Shown: positions 1 through 10,750 of the stretch, in pieces
Layout: each line of letters starts with the position of its first letter
Numbering within the stretch: position 1 is the stretch's first letter
Assembly: GCA_963702595.1 (NCBI GenBank)
Contig: CAVPDC010000024.1
Span: 12,593-76,592, forward strand
Origin: an uncultured beta proteobacterium
GTDB taxonomy: Bacteria; Pseudomonadota; Gammaproteobacteria; Burkholderiales; Burkholderiaceae_F
Direction of reading: 5' to 3'
Length of the DNA stretch: 64,000 nt
Translations under genes and position numbers: made by a program
The notes under the pieces: model-generated
What the model saw: only the letters and a program-made list of their open reading frames with translations
The model's database searches: none
Told to the model about the DNA's origin: nothing

Positions 1-453
1 GTTCTTCGACTGCTCGATGTAGTTCGACATCATCGACTGGATCATCGGCGACTGCATATTGACGAACTGTGTCCACATCTCAGGCCCGATCTTGTTCGTC
101 TCGTAGAAGGCCTTGCTTTGTTCCGACAACTTGCCCTGGATGTCGATGAATGCCTGGATGTTCTTTTCCAGGTACGAGCCCATCATCCCCTGCATCGCGT
201 TGCCATAGAAGCGGATGATCTGCGACAGCATCACCGCGCTGAACATCGGCATGCCGCCGGCCTCTTCCTCCAGGATGATTTGCAGCAGGATCGGGCGGGT
301 CAGGTCCTCGGCGCTCTTGGCATCGACGACCTGGAAGTTTTCGTTGTCCAGCACGAGCTGCTTGACGTCGGCCAGCGTGATGTAGGTGCTGGTCTGAGTG
401 TCGTACAAGCGTCGGTTCGGGTACTTCTTGATAAGGCGGACAGCAGTTGCCAT
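1..453 (-). CDS. phaR: Polyhydroxyalkanoate synthesis repressor PhaR (N-terminal about 151 aa; C-terminus runs off the window)
   Basis: My own minus-strand translation from the ATG at 453-451 gives MATAVRLIKKYPNRRLYDTQTSTYITLADVKQLV...LLQIILEEEAGGMPMFSAVMLSQIIRFYGNAMQGMMGSYLEKNIQAFIDIQ. This closely matches the PhaR sequence of Cupriavidus as I recall it. It is not in the ORF track because it is truncated by the window edge. Confidence 0.93.
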   Translation of the reverse strand, partial: MATAVRLIKKYPNRRLYDTQTSTYITLADVKQLVLDNENFQVVDAKSAEDLTRPILLQIILEEEAGGMPMFSAVMLSQIIRFYGNAMQGMMGSYLEKNIQAFIDIQGKLSEQSKAFYETNKIGPEMWTQFVNMQSPMIQSMMSNYIEQSKN

Positions 454-647
454 TCGTGTTCCTCAGTTGTCTTCGCGCGGCGCGCGACGGCCCGTCGTGC
501 GGGCATCTCCCATTTGGTTTTGCGGCATTCTAGCGAAGATGACGCACCGCAGCGGAGACGCGCCCCCAGGGTGCTTCCGATGGTCGGACCCGCGAAGCTC
601 TGCCAGAATGTTCCGTTTAGGTTTTCGACACTTTCGTCCGAGGAGAC

Positions 648-1997
648 ATGATGGTTCGCCGCACCCTGCTTGCAGCTTCAATCGTGGCTGGATTCTCGAT
701 GGCGTTCGCCTCGGGAGCAGCAATCGCCGGCACGGTGACGGTCATCACTTCGTTCCCTAAGGAGCTGACAGCGGCCTACAAGGCGGCGTTCGAAAAGGCC
801 AACCCCGGCGTCACGCTGGAGATCCTGAACAAGAGCACCGTGGCCGGCATCGCGTTCGTGCGGGAAACCGCCTCGGGCCAGCGCCCCGACGTGTTCTGGG
901 CCTCCGCGCCCGATGCCTTCGAAGTGCTCAAGCGCGACAAGCTGCTGGTGGCCGCGGCCGACGTCGACAACACAGCGATCCCGGCCAAGATCGGCAACTA
1001 CCCGATCAACGACCCCCAGGGCTACTACAAGGGCCAGGCGCTGGCCGGTTACGGGATCATGTACAACACACGCTACCTGAAGGCGAACAAGCTCGCCCCG
1101 CCGAAGGAGTGGACCGACCTGCTCGCGCCCGCATGGTTCGGACACGTGGCGATGACGTCGCCCTCGCGCTCGGGGACGATGCACCTGACCGTGGAAACCA
1201 TCCTGCAGGGCGAAGGCTGGGACAAGGGCTGGAGCCAGATCCTGCAGATGGCGGGCAACAGCGCCCAGATCACCGAGCGCAGCTTCGGTGTGCCCGACGG
1301 CATCAATAACGGGCAGTTCGGCGGCGGGCCTGTTATCGACTTCTTCGGCCTGGCCGGTAAGAACTCGGGATTCCCGGTCGAGTTTGTCTATCCGGCGGTG
1401 ACCTCGATCGTTCCTGCCAACATTGCGCTGATCGCCGGCAGCAAGAACACCGCCGAGGCGAAGAAGTTCGTGCAATTCGCACTTAGCCAGCAGGGCCAGG
1501 AGCTGCTGCTGCTGCCGGGGATCTCGCGCCTGCCCGTGCTGCCTTACTCGGCACTCGCGGGCAAGATCCCTGCCGGCTATCCAGACCCGCAGGCCATCGT
1601 CAAGCGTGCCAAGGTCAACTTCAACGCCGACCTTTCCGAGGACCGCTATTCACTCGTGCATTCGCTGTTCGACCAGACGATCACCTTCCGCCTGAAGGAA
1701 CTGCAGGCAGCCACCAAGGCGATCCAGGCGGCCGAAGCGAAACTGGCCGCAAGCGGCAAGCCGAATGCACAAGTCTCCGACCTGATCCGGCAGGCGCGTG
1801 AGCTCGCGTACTCGCCGATCGTCTCGGCGACGCTCGCCTCGCAGCCCGAATTCCTGAAGCTCTTCGCCGCGAACAAGAAGGAGGTTGCGGTCGCCAAGCA
1901 GATCACCGGCCTCGAAGAGAGCTGGAACCGCAAGGCGCGCGAGAACTACGGGAAGGCGGCCGAGTTGGCACAGCAGGCGGCGGCGCTGATCAGGTAA
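648..1997 (+). CDS. ABC transporter periplasmic substrate-binding protein (Fe3+/solute-binding family 1-like) with a C-terminal helical extension
   Basis: 449-aa ORF with an ATG preceded by GAGGAG. Signal peptide MMVRRTLLAASIVAGFSMAFASGAAIAG. It has an SBP-like core and is followed by cognate permease and ATPase genes. Confidence 0.8.
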   Translation: MMVRRTLLAASIVAGFSMAFASGAAIAGTVTVITSFPKELTAAYKAAFEKANPGVTLEILNKSTVAGIAFVRETASGQRPDVFWASAPDAFEVLKRDKLLVAAADVDNTAIPAKIGNYPINDPQGYYKGQALAGYGIMYNTRYLKANKLAPPKEWTDLLAPAWFGHVAMTSPSRSGTMHLTVETILQGEGWDKGWSQILQMAGNSAQITERSFGVPDGINNGQFGGGPVIDFFGLAGKNSGFPVEFVYPAVTSIVPANIALIAGSKNTAEAKKFVQFALSQQGQELLLLPGISRLPVLPYSALAGKIPAGYPDPQAIVKRAKVNFNADLSEDRYSLVHSLFDQTITFRLKELQAATKAIQAAEAKLAASGKPNAQVSDLIRQARELAYSPIVSATLASQPEFLKLFAANKKEVAVAKQITGLEESWNRKARENYGKAAELAQQAAALIR

Positions 1998-2019
1998 CTC
2001 CGACTTTCGGGTTTGTTCC

Positions 2020-3753
2020 GTGAGCGCCGTGCTGGGCGATGGCCGCCGCGCGTCCGCCAGGGCCGCATCGCTGCTGCGTCGCTATGGCACCTCGTGGCGC
2101 GCCCTGCTGGTGCTGGCGGCGATCGCCGCCTTTCTGCTCGTCCTCCTGATCATTCCGGTCGGCACCGTCTTCGTCACTGCGTTCCGCGACGCCGACGGCA
2201 GCTTCACGCTCGGCCACTTTGCGTCGTTCTTCTCCACCGGCCTGATGCGCGAGTCGTTCTTCAACTCGCTCTTTGTCGCCACCACGAGCGTCGTCGTCGC
2301 GTCGCTGATCGCCGTGCCGTTGGCATACCTGACCGCGCGCTTCGAGTTCCGCGGCGCACTGCTGGTCCAGACGCTCGGCGTCCTGCCGCTGATCATGCCG
2401 CCCTTCGTCGGCGCGGTGGCGATGCAGCTGGTGTTCGGCCGTTCCGGTTCGCTCAACCTGCTGCTCACCGAGCACTTCGGCTTCTCCATCCCGATCATGG
2501 AGGGGCTGACCGGCGTGATCTTCGTGGAAAGCCTGCACTATTTCCCGTTCATCCTGATGAACCTGGTCGTGGCTTTGCGTGCGATCGACGGCGCGATGGA
2601 GGAGGCGGCGCTGAACCTCGGCGCGCGCGGCTGGCGCCTGTTCCGCCGCGTTGTATTCCCGCTGGCGATGCCGGGCTACATCGCGGGTGCGGCTCTCGTG
2701 TTCGTCAAGGTGTTCGACGACCTCGGCACGCCGCTGGTGCTCGGTCAGACCAACCTGCTGGCACCGCAGGCCTACCTGCGCATCACCCAGGTCGGACTGG
2801 AAGATCCGCTCGGCTACGTGATCAGCGTCATCATGATCGCGTTCTCGATCGTGGCGCTGTGGCTCTCGGCCCAGGTGATGAAGGGCAAGGACTACTCGAC
2901 GCTGCAGAAAGGTGGCGCCGGCATCGCCAAGCGGCGGCTCCGGCCCTGGGAGGCCGCGCTCGCGTACGTCGGCATCGTGCTCGTACTTCTGGTCGTTCTG
3001 AGCCCGCACCTTGGCCTGCTGGTGCTCTCGTTCGCCAATGTCTGGAGCTACTCGGTGCTGCCCGACGCCTGGACCACCGCGCACTACGCGACCGTCATCG
3101 AGGATTCGAGCGACATGATCCGCAACACGCTGGTCTATTGCGGGCTCGCCGCTCTGATCGATGTCGTCATCGGCACCGCGATCGCCTACCTGATCCTGCG
3201 CACCCGTATCCCGGCCCGCCAGTGGCTGGACTACGCCGCCAGCGCTGCCATCGCGGTGCCGGGCATCGTGCTCGCGATCGGCTACCTGCGCACCTTTCAG
3301 GGCGTGGAGATCTTCGGCTCGCCCGTCACGCAAACGTGGCTCCTGATCATGCTGGCCTACTCGGTGCGGCGGCTCCCCTACGCGCTGCGCTCCTGCATGG
3401 CAGCACTGCAGCAGATCAACATCAGCCTGGAGGAAGCCGCCGAGATGCTCGGGGCCAGCCAGTGGCGCACTGTGCGCCGGATCGTCATTCCGCTGATGGC
3501 GGGCGGCATCCTGGCGGGCTTCGTTTCGAGCTTCATCACTGCCGCGGTGGAACTGTCTGCAACGATCCTGCTGGTGGTGAAGGAGTCGCAGGCGCCGATG
3601 AGCTACGGCATCTACCTATACATGCAGTCGATCGCCGGCCGCGGGCCGGGAGCCGCACTAGGCGTGCTGCTGGTACTGACGGTCGCCATCGGCACCTACC
3701 TGTCGCACCGGTTCGTCGACCGCGCCAACCGAACCCTGGAGACCCAGCGATGA
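2020..3753 (+). CDS. ABC transporter permease, duplicated two-domain FbpB/ThiP type
   Basis: 577-aa hydrophobic ORF with two repeats of the binding-protein-dependent permease fold. GTG start. The stop overlaps the downstream ATPase start (ATGA). Confidence 0.85.
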   Translation: MSAVLGDGRRASARAASLLRRYGTSWRALLVLAAIAAFLLVLLIIPVGTVFVTAFRDADGSFTLGHFASFFSTGLMRESFFNSLFVATTSVVVASLIAVPLAYLTARFEFRGALLVQTLGVLPLIMPPFVGAVAMQLVFGRSGSLNLLLTEHFGFSIPIMEGLTGVIFVESLHYFPFILMNLVVALRAIDGAMEEAALNLGARGWRLFRRVVFPLAMPGYIAGAALVFVKVFDDLGTPLVLGQTNLLAPQAYLRITQVGLEDPLGYVISVIMIAFSIVALWLSAQVMKGKDYSTLQKGGAGIAKRRLRPWEAALAYVGIVLVLLVVLSPHLGLLVLSFANVWSYSVLPDAWTTAHYATVIEDSSDMIRNTLVYCGLAALIDVVIGTAIAYLILRTRIPARQWLDYAASAAIAVPGIVLAIGYLRTFQGVEIFGSPVTQTWLLIMLAYSVRRLPYALRSCMAALQQINISLEEAAEMLGASQWRTVRRIVIPLMAGGILAGFVSSFITAAVELSATILLVVKESQAPMSYGIYLYMQSIAGRGPGAALGVLLVLTVAIGTYLSHRFVDRANRTLETQR

Positions 3754-4799
3754 GAGCGGTGGCTGTCGAGTGCATCGGCATAGGCCTCGCCTATGGCGCC
3801 AACCAGGTGCTGAAGGACATCACGCTCAGCATCGAGCCCGGCGAGTTCTTTGCGCTGCTCGGGCCCTCGGGCTCGGGCAAGTCGACCCTGCTGCGGCTGA
3901 TCGCGGGATTTAACCAGCACAACCGCGGACAGTTGCGGGTCGACGGGCGCGACATCACCGGCGTGCCTCCACACGCACGCAACATCGGGATGGTGTTCCA
4001 AAGTTACGCGCTGTGGCCGCACCTGACCGTTTACGACAACGTCGCCTTCGGCCTCGTCGAGCGGCGCGTTGCGCGCGACGAGATCAAGCGCCGCGTGGCG
4101 GAGGCGCTGGAACTGGTCGGACTGACCGACTACGCACGACGCAGGCCCAACCAGCTCTCCGGTGGCCAGCAGCAGCGCGTTGCACTGGCGCGCACGATCG
4201 TCATCGAGCCGCAGGTGCTGCTGCTCGACGAGCCGCTGTCCAACCTCGACAAGAAGCTGCGCGAGCAGATGCGGCTGGAACTGAAGCGGCTGCAGCGCAA
4301 GCTCGGCATCACGACGATCTTCGTCACGCACGACCAGGAAGAAGCGATGACGACCGCGGACCGCATGGCCGTGCTCGAGGCCGGCGTGCTGCAGCAGGTC
4401 GGTACGCCGCACGAACTGTTCGACACGCCCGCCAACCGCTTCGTCGCCGAGTTCGTCGGCAGCACTAACCTGCTGGCTGGCCGCAGCGACAACGCGCGCC
4501 GCGTCTTCATCGCCGAAGGCTTCGGCGAGATCCCGCTCGCCGGCAGCGCGAGCGGCACGGCGATCTCGGTGCGGCCCCATGCCATCGCCATTGCCGAATC
4601 GCGCGATACGGCACGGGTGTGGTTCGAAGGTGCCATCGAGGAGAGCGAGTTCCTCGGCGAGTTCACTCGCTACGGCATACGCGTCGGGCCGACGCTGCTC
4701 ACGGCCGACGCGCCACACCTATCGGCCACGCCAATTTACACACCTGGCATGCGCGTGCAGATCGGCATCGATCCCGGCGAAGTGCGCGTCCTTGATTGA
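3750..4799 (+). CDS. ABC transporter ATP-binding protein (FbpC/PotA-like with a TOBE-type C-terminus)
   Basis: Walker A GPSGSGKST, signature LSGGQQQRVALAR and Walker B LLLDEP. The ATG at 3750 is in frame with track ORF 2013..4799, whose upstream part is spurious. Confidence 0.9.
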   Translation: MRAVAVECIGIGLAYGANQVLKDITLSIEPGEFFALLGPSGSGKSTLLRLIAGFNQHNRGQLRVDGRDITGVPPHARNIGMVFQSYALWPHLTVYDNVAFGLVERRVARDEIKRRVAEALELVGLTDYARRRPNQLSGGQQQRVALARTIVIEPQVLLLDEPLSNLDKKLREQMRLELKRLQRKLGITTIFVTHDQEEAMTTADRMAVLEAGVLQQVGTPHELFDTPANRFVAEFVGSTNLLAGRSDNARRVFIAEGFGEIPLAGSASGTAISVRPHAIAIAESRDTARVWFEGAIEESEFLGEFTRYGIRVGPTLLTADAPHLSATPIYTPGMRVQIGIDPGEVRVLD

Positions 4800-4871
4800 T
4801 CATCCGGCGTAAAGGGCCGGCATCGAGTCCCGCGATGCACGGCTTCCGGACGGTTCAACAAGTCGAGCCCC

Positions 4872-5741
<870 letters not shown>

Positions 5742-5989
5742 TTCATTCCTTGAGTTGCTGTCGAGTCGACGGAAACCCGCATTGTGGCAGGCCCACGCCT
5801 CCGGGCGGGCTCGTCCGGTCCTGGCCCGGCCGCAGCTGATGGCGTCCTCCTGCGGCGCACGCAGCGGACGCTCCCGGCCGCGCGCGGGCGAATCGTGTTC
5901 CGGCCGACGGGCGGGTGAAGTTGCTCGCTCCTCGTCGCAGGCGTTCGAGCAGCACGTTGCCCGACGGGGACTGCGGGCATCGAGGCGTC

Positions 5990-7606
5990 TCAGGCTTCGC
6001 CGGCGGGCGGCACGTGCGTCATCGCATGTTCCGCCAGCGCCGTGATGGTGAGTGAAGGATTGACGCCGGGATTGGCGGGCATCGCCGCGCCGTCGCAGAC
6101 GATCAGGTTGCGGTAACCGAACACGCGACAGCGTGCATCCACGACGCCGCAGGCGGCATCTTCGCCCACGACGGCTCCTCCGAGGATGTGCGCGGTGGTC
6201 GGGACGTTGGCGATGGCCTCGAGCACTGCGCACTGCGCAACGCCTCCGGTGTGCTCGGCGAGCCATTCGGCCGCCTTGTTGCCGGCGTCGATGTAGGTGG
6301 GATTCGGCTTCTCCGGGTCCTGCTCGGTGGTCAGGCTAACACCGCGCCCAAACCAGCGGCGCCGGGCCCGGAACGAGATCGCGTTGTCGAGGGACTGCAT
6401 CACCAGGAACACGACAGTCCGGCGGCCCCACCCAAACGGCAGCAGCGTGCGGGCGAACTTCAGCGGGTGGCGCAGGATGTTTCCGAGCAGCTTCAGCGGC
6501 CGCGTGATGCGCGTACCGTCACCGACGATCAATGTGAAGATCAGCGACATGAAGTCGCCCTTCGGACCGTAGGTGACGAACTCGATATGAGTGTCCTTAC
6601 TCGTGTGGATGCTCGAACTGATCGCGACATCGCGCGACGGCTCGAAGGTCGTGTCCGCCGGCAAGGTCACCGCCAGGATCGCCTCGCTGTTGGTACGCAC
6701 GAGGCTGCCGAGACGGTCGCTGATGCCCGGCAGTGCGCCGGAGTGCTTGCACTGTGCAAGCAGGTCGTTCGTGCCAAGCGCGCCGGCCGCGAAGACGACG
6801 CCGCGCGCGCGCAAGGTTTGCCGCCCCTTGGCGAACCAGGCACCCGGCCGCTCCGCCGTCACGGCGTAGCCGTCAGTGCCATCGGCGGCACCGATCGGCC
6901 GCACGTCGACGACCTGCCGCTCGGGCAGGACAGTGGCGCCGCGCTGCTCGGCAAACCAGAGGTAGTTCTTTAGCAAGGTGTTCTTCGCGCCAACGCGGCA
7001 GCCGACCATGCAGGCTCCGCAGCGTGTGCACCCGGTGCGCGGCGGGCCGGTGCCGCCGAAGTACGGATCGGGTACTTCGCGACCCGGCTCGCCAAAGAAA
7101 ACTCCGCATGGCGTGCGCGTGAACGTCTCCGCGACTCCGAAAGCCTGGCCGACCTGCTGGAGGAGCCTTTGATTGTCGCTTCCGAACGGCACCGTCTGCA
7201 CGCCCAGCATGCGGGTGGCGGTGTCGTAGTGAGGCTTCAGTACGCTCGACCAGTCCGCGAGCGCCGCCCACTGCGGATTCGCGAAGAATGAAGGGGCCGC
7301 GCAATACAGCGTGTTTGCGTAGACGATGCTGCCGCCGCCGACACCGGAGCCGCTGGCGATCATCACGTCCTTGAACGGCGTGAGGCGGAAGATGCCGCGC
7401 AGGCCCAGCATGGGCACCCACAGGAAGTTGCGCAGATCCCACGTTGACTTCGCGTAGTCCTGGTCGCGGTAGCGCCGGCCGCGCTCCAGCACCACCACCC
7501 GGTAGCCTTTCTCCGACAGGCGCAGCGCAGCAACACTGCCGCCGAAGCCCGAGCCGATGACGATCCAGTCGAAATCGAATTGCCGCTCTTGTGGCTCGTC
7601 TTTCAT
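5990..7606 (-). CDS. GMC-family FAD-dependent oxidoreductase (cholesterol-oxidase / long-chain alcohol oxidoreductase-like)
   Basis: 538 aa. N-terminal Rossmann motif DWIVIGSGFGGSVAALRLSEKGYRVVVLERG and a C-terminal GMC region. Confidence 0.85.
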   Translation of the reverse strand: MKDEPQERQFDFDWIVIGSGFGGSVAALRLSEKGYRVVVLERGRRYRDQDYAKSTWDLRNFLWVPMLGLRGIFRLTPFKDVMIASGSGVGGGSIVYANTLYCAAPSFFANPQWAALADWSSVLKPHYDTATRMLGVQTVPFGSDNQRLLQQVGQAFGVAETFTRTPCGVFFGEPGREVPDPYFGGTGPPRTGCTRCGACMVGCRVGAKNTLLKNYLWFAEQRGATVLPERQVVDVRPIGAADGTDGYAVTAERPGAWFAKGRQTLRARGVVFAAGALGTNDLLAQCKHSGALPGISDRLGSLVRTNSEAILAVTLPADTTFEPSRDVAISSSIHTSKDTHIEFVTYGPKGDFMSLIFTLIVGDGTRITRPLKLLGNILRHPLKFARTLLPFGWGRRTVVFLVMQSLDNAISFRARRRWFGRGVSLTTEQDPEKPNPTYIDAGNKAAEWLAEHTGGVAQCAVLEAIANVPTTAHILGGAVVGEDAACGVVDARCRVFGYRNLIVCDGAAMPANPGVNPSLTITALAEHAMTHVPPAGEA

Positions 7607-7656
7607 CGTGCAGCCGTCGTCCGGCGCTCGCGCAGGCCCCGCGTGTGGCTTGGAGT

Positions 7657-9630
7657 TCAGGGCGTGACGATCCTGAAGGTGGGGTCGAACGCGACCACGT
7701 TAGCAAACACCGCACCGAAGACCTTGGGATCGCCGTCGACCTTCACCATGCCGGCCTGGGTGAGCTCCGCCAGCGTCTTGCCCTGCAGCAGCATCGCCAG
7801 AAATGCCGGTCGCGTCAGCGTCAGCGTCACATCGGGGTTCCGCAGTACGCGGCCCCGGGTGTTGTTCAGCACCGAGTTCGACAGCTCAAGCGCCCAGACT
7901 TCGTTGGTGTCGGTAAAAACCATCGCGATGGCCGCCTTCATGCCATCGGTCTTCTCGTGGTTCAGGCGCAGCGCGATGAAATCGAACAGCAGCTCGTTGG
8001 TCATGCCGCGCACCGTATCCGGCCCGCTGGTGCTCTGGGGGATCTTCTGAGGCCCGCTGCGCAGCTCAAACGCACCCATCAGGTAAGCGTTGCGCCAGGT
8101 GGCCGATTCGGCCTGGTAGCCCAGCTGTTCCAGAGCATCGGCCTGCAGCGCACGCGCCTCGGCGTTGTCCGGGTTGGCGAAAACCACGTGGTTCACCACT
8201 TCGACGACCCAGCGGAAGTCGCCGGCGGCGTACGCCTTGCGGCCGTTGGCGAGGACAGCCGCCTCGCCGCCCATGGCGGCAACATAGCGCTTGGCTGTCT
8301 CGATCCGGGGCAGGCGATGCAGCGTCGCCGGGTTGGCGTCGTAGAAACCGAGGTAGTAGTTGTAGACGGCGCGCAGGTTGTGACTCAGCGTTCCGTAGTA
8401 GCCGCGCGAACTGGCGTCGGAGGCGAGCTCCTTCGGAAAGAACGGTGCATTGCCGAGTTCATCCATCGTCTGGCCCTGATTGGCCAGGTGCAGCGCGCGA
8501 TCGTGCAGGAAGCGGTAGGTGTCGCGCTGGTTGGCCAGGTAGCGCCGGATGTTCGCTTTGCCCCAGGTCGGCCAGTGGTGGCTGGCGAACGCCACCTCGG
8601 CATCGGGAAAGAGGTCGAGTGTTTCGTTGATGTATTTGCTCCAGCCCAGGGCGTCACGAACCTTGGCACCGCGGATCGTGTAGATGTTGTGCATCAGCTT
8701 GACCGCCACTTCCGAGAGACACAGCGCCTTCCTGTCCGGGAAGTAAAACATCATCTCCGACGGCGCCTCGGAGCCCTGTGCCATCTGGAACTGGATGCGC
8801 ACGCCATCGATCACCATCTCCTCGCCGGTCTTTTTGATGAGGTGCGTCGGCGGGATCAGTCCGATCACGCCGTTGCTGAGACCCAGACCGAGCCCGGTGC
8901 CGACCGAACTCCTGTCGTCGGCCGGCAGCGAGACACCGTACATGTAGTTGGCACGGCGCGTCATCGCATTGCCGGCGAGGACGTTTTCGGCGACGGCGTT
9001 GTCCATGAAGCCGTCGGGCGCGATGATCCTGATCTTGCCGGAGCGCACGTCGGCCTCGTCGGCGACGCCCCGCACGCCGCCGTAGTGGTCGGCATGACTG
9101 TGCGTGTAGATCACCGCCACCACCGGCTTGGTACTTCGCAGGCGTTCCATCGCCAGCTTGAGCCCCGCGCGCGCCATTTCCGCGGTCAGCAGCGTGTCGA
9201 TGACGATCCAGCCGTTCGTGCCCTCGACCAGCGTCATGTTGGCGATGTCATAACCGCGGATCTGGTAGATGCCGTCCGTAACCTTGAACAGTCCCTGCGC
9301 CGTGTTCAGAGTCTGCTGCCGCCACAAACTCGGATTGACGGTCGACGGCGCGGCTCCCTTGACGAAGTCAAAGCGCTGCGCGTCCCAGACGATGCGGCCG
9401 TCGGCGGCTTTGACCAGTGGCTCGCTGAGTCCGGCGAGCCGGCCGCGCGTGGCGTCTTCGAAGTCCTGCCGGTCATTCAGCGACATCGATTGCAGGACTG
9501 CGGCGTTCGCGCGTTCGGTCGCCGCGGTGGCCGGACGCGGTGAAGCGCCCGCCGTCGCCTGCGCCAGGGCGCTCTGACCCGTCACCGCCATCAGGCAAGC
9601 CGACGCGACACACAGGAAGCGCTTCTTCAT
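7657..9630 (-). CDS. Alkyl/aryl-sulfatase, metallo-beta-lactamase fold (SdsA1/YjcS/BDS1 type), secreted
   Basis: The ATG at 9630 is preceded by GAGGAG. Signal peptide MKKRFLCVASACLMAVTGQSALA. MBL motif THSHADHYGG. The length (657 aa) and C-terminal SCP2-like part fit type III sulfatases. Confidence 0.85.
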   Translation of the reverse strand: MKKRFLCVASACLMAVTGQSALAQATAGASPRPATAATERANAAVLQSMSLNDRQDFEDATRGRLAGLSEPLVKAADGRIVWDAQRFDFVKGAAPSTVNPSLWRQQTLNTAQGLFKVTDGIYQIRGYDIANMTLVEGTNGWIVIDTLLTAEMARAGLKLAMERLRSTKPVVAVIYTHSHADHYGGVRGVADEADVRSGKIRIIAPDGFMDNAVAENVLAGNAMTRRANYMYGVSLPADDRSSVGTGLGLGLSNGVIGLIPPTHLIKKTGEEMVIDGVRIQFQMAQGSEAPSEMMFYFPDRKALCLSEVAVKLMHNIYTIRGAKVRDALGWSKYINETLDLFPDAEVAFASHHWPTWGKANIRRYLANQRDTYRFLHDRALHLANQGQTMDELGNAPFFPKELASDASSRGYYGTLSHNLRAVYNYYLGFYDANPATLHRLPRIETAKRYVAAMGGEAAVLANGRKAYAAGDFRWVVEVVNHVVFANPDNAEARALQADALEQLGYQAESATWRNAYLMGAFELRSGPQKIPQSTSGPDTVRGMTNELLFDFIALRLNHEKTDGMKAAIAMVFTDTNEVWALELSNSVLNNTRGRVLRNPDVTLTLTRPAFLAMLLQGKTLAELTQAGMVKVDGDPKVFGAVFANVVAFDPTFRIVTP

Positions 9631-9884
9631 ACGAAACTCCTCTTGGCAGGAAAGACGGTGGCGAGTGCGGGCCTGCACCCGCCACCGCTGCACAACTTCG
9701 TCAGGGTCGAAAGTCTGAAGCCACCGGAACTGAGGCCGCCACGAAGTTGCTCGGCGGCGCCTTGGGCAACCCGCCGAGGAACGTGCCCGGTCCGTCGGCT
9801 GCCACCGCCACCGGTCTCGGCCGGATACGGCGGCAGCCGTGCTGCCGAGCTCGTCGAACTGTCCCCGTGCCCGTGCCGGCGCGG

Positions 9885-10619
9885 TCAGCCCATGTGCAGG
9901 CCGCCGTTGCAGGAGAAGTCGGCGCCCGTTGTGAAACCGGAATCCTCGCCCGCTAGCCAGGTCACGATCGAGCCAATCTCATCCGGCGTGCCAAGGCGTT
10001 TCACCGGAATGGTCTCAACGATCTTTTCGAGAATCTGCGGCTTGATGGCCATGACCATTTCGGTGCCGATGTAGCCAGGGCTCACGGTGTTCACTGTGAC
10101 GCCCTTTGCGGCGAGTTCCTGCGCCAGCGCCATCGTGAAGCCGTGCATGCCCGCCTTGGCGGCCGAGTAGTTCGTCTGACCGGCCTGGCCCTTTTCGCCG
10201 TTGACCGAGCTGATCTGGATGATGCGGCCCCAGCCCTTCTCGACCATGCCGGGCACGACCTGCTTGGTGACGTTGAACATGCTGTTGAGGTTGGTGTCGA
10301 TGACCGCATCCCAGTCCTCGCGAGTCATCTTCAGGAACATGCGGTCACGCGTGATGCCGGCGTTGTTCACCAGAACGTCGATCGGGCCATGTTCCGCCAC
10401 GGCCTTCGTAAAGGCGGCCTCGGTGCTGCTCCAGTCGGCCACATTGCCGACCGACGCGTAAAAGTTGTAGCCAAGCGCCTTCTGCTCGCCCAGCCACTTG
10501 TTGAAATCGCGGCTCGGCCCGCAGCCGGCGATGACCGTGAAGCCGCCCTTCGACAGCCGCTGGCAGATCGCCGTGCCTATGCCGCCCATGCCACCCGTTA
10601 CGTACGCCACCTTTGCCAT
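9885..10619 (-). CDS. phaB: Acetoacetyl-CoA reductase (NADPH)
   Basis: 244 aa, SDR family. Starts MAKVAYVTGGMGGIGTAICQRL. Sits next to phaA and phaC. Confidence 0.95.
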   Translation of the reverse strand: MAKVAYVTGGMGGIGTAICQRLSKGGFTVIAGCGPSRDFNKWLGEQKALGYNFYASVGNVADWSSTEAAFTKAVAEHGPIDVLVNNAGITRDRMFLKMTREDWDAVIDTNLNSMFNVTKQVVPGMVEKGWGRIIQISSVNGEKGQAGQTNYSAAKAGMHGFTMALAQELAAKGVTVNTVSPGYIGTEMVMAIKPQILEKIVETIPVKRLGTPDEIGSIVTWLAGEDSGFTTGADFSCNGGLHMG

Positions 10620-10750
10620 TTCTGTCTCCGCATGTTGTTAAGTGCTGTTGTATTCGGGTCGGGCGCCAGGCCGTTCGAGGCCCGACCCGCAAAAATTACT
10701 CGGCCGAGTGCACGTGCGACGCGCAGCGTCGTGTATGCGGGGCCGACCGG

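Noticed and set aside
2013-4799. A 928-aa ORF spanning the permease and ATPase region
   Set aside because: Its first 579 codons are an Arg/Ala/Pro-rich alternative frame of the permease gene. Only the part from the ATG at 3750 (ABC ATPase) is real.
5742-6266. N-terminal 174-aa extension of the parvulin ORF (track ORF 4872..6266)
   Set aside because: The extension is Arg-rich, has no homology and overlaps the GMC oxidoreductase 3' end. A lipoprotein signal peptide starts at the internal ATG at 5741.
9657-9686. A GC-rich 11-bp hairpin upstream of the sulfatase start, considered as a possible phaB terminator
   Set aside because: On the minus strand it is followed only by GUCUUUCC (three U) and it has one mismatch. 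That is not enough to call it a terminator. It could equally be a 5'-UTR structure.
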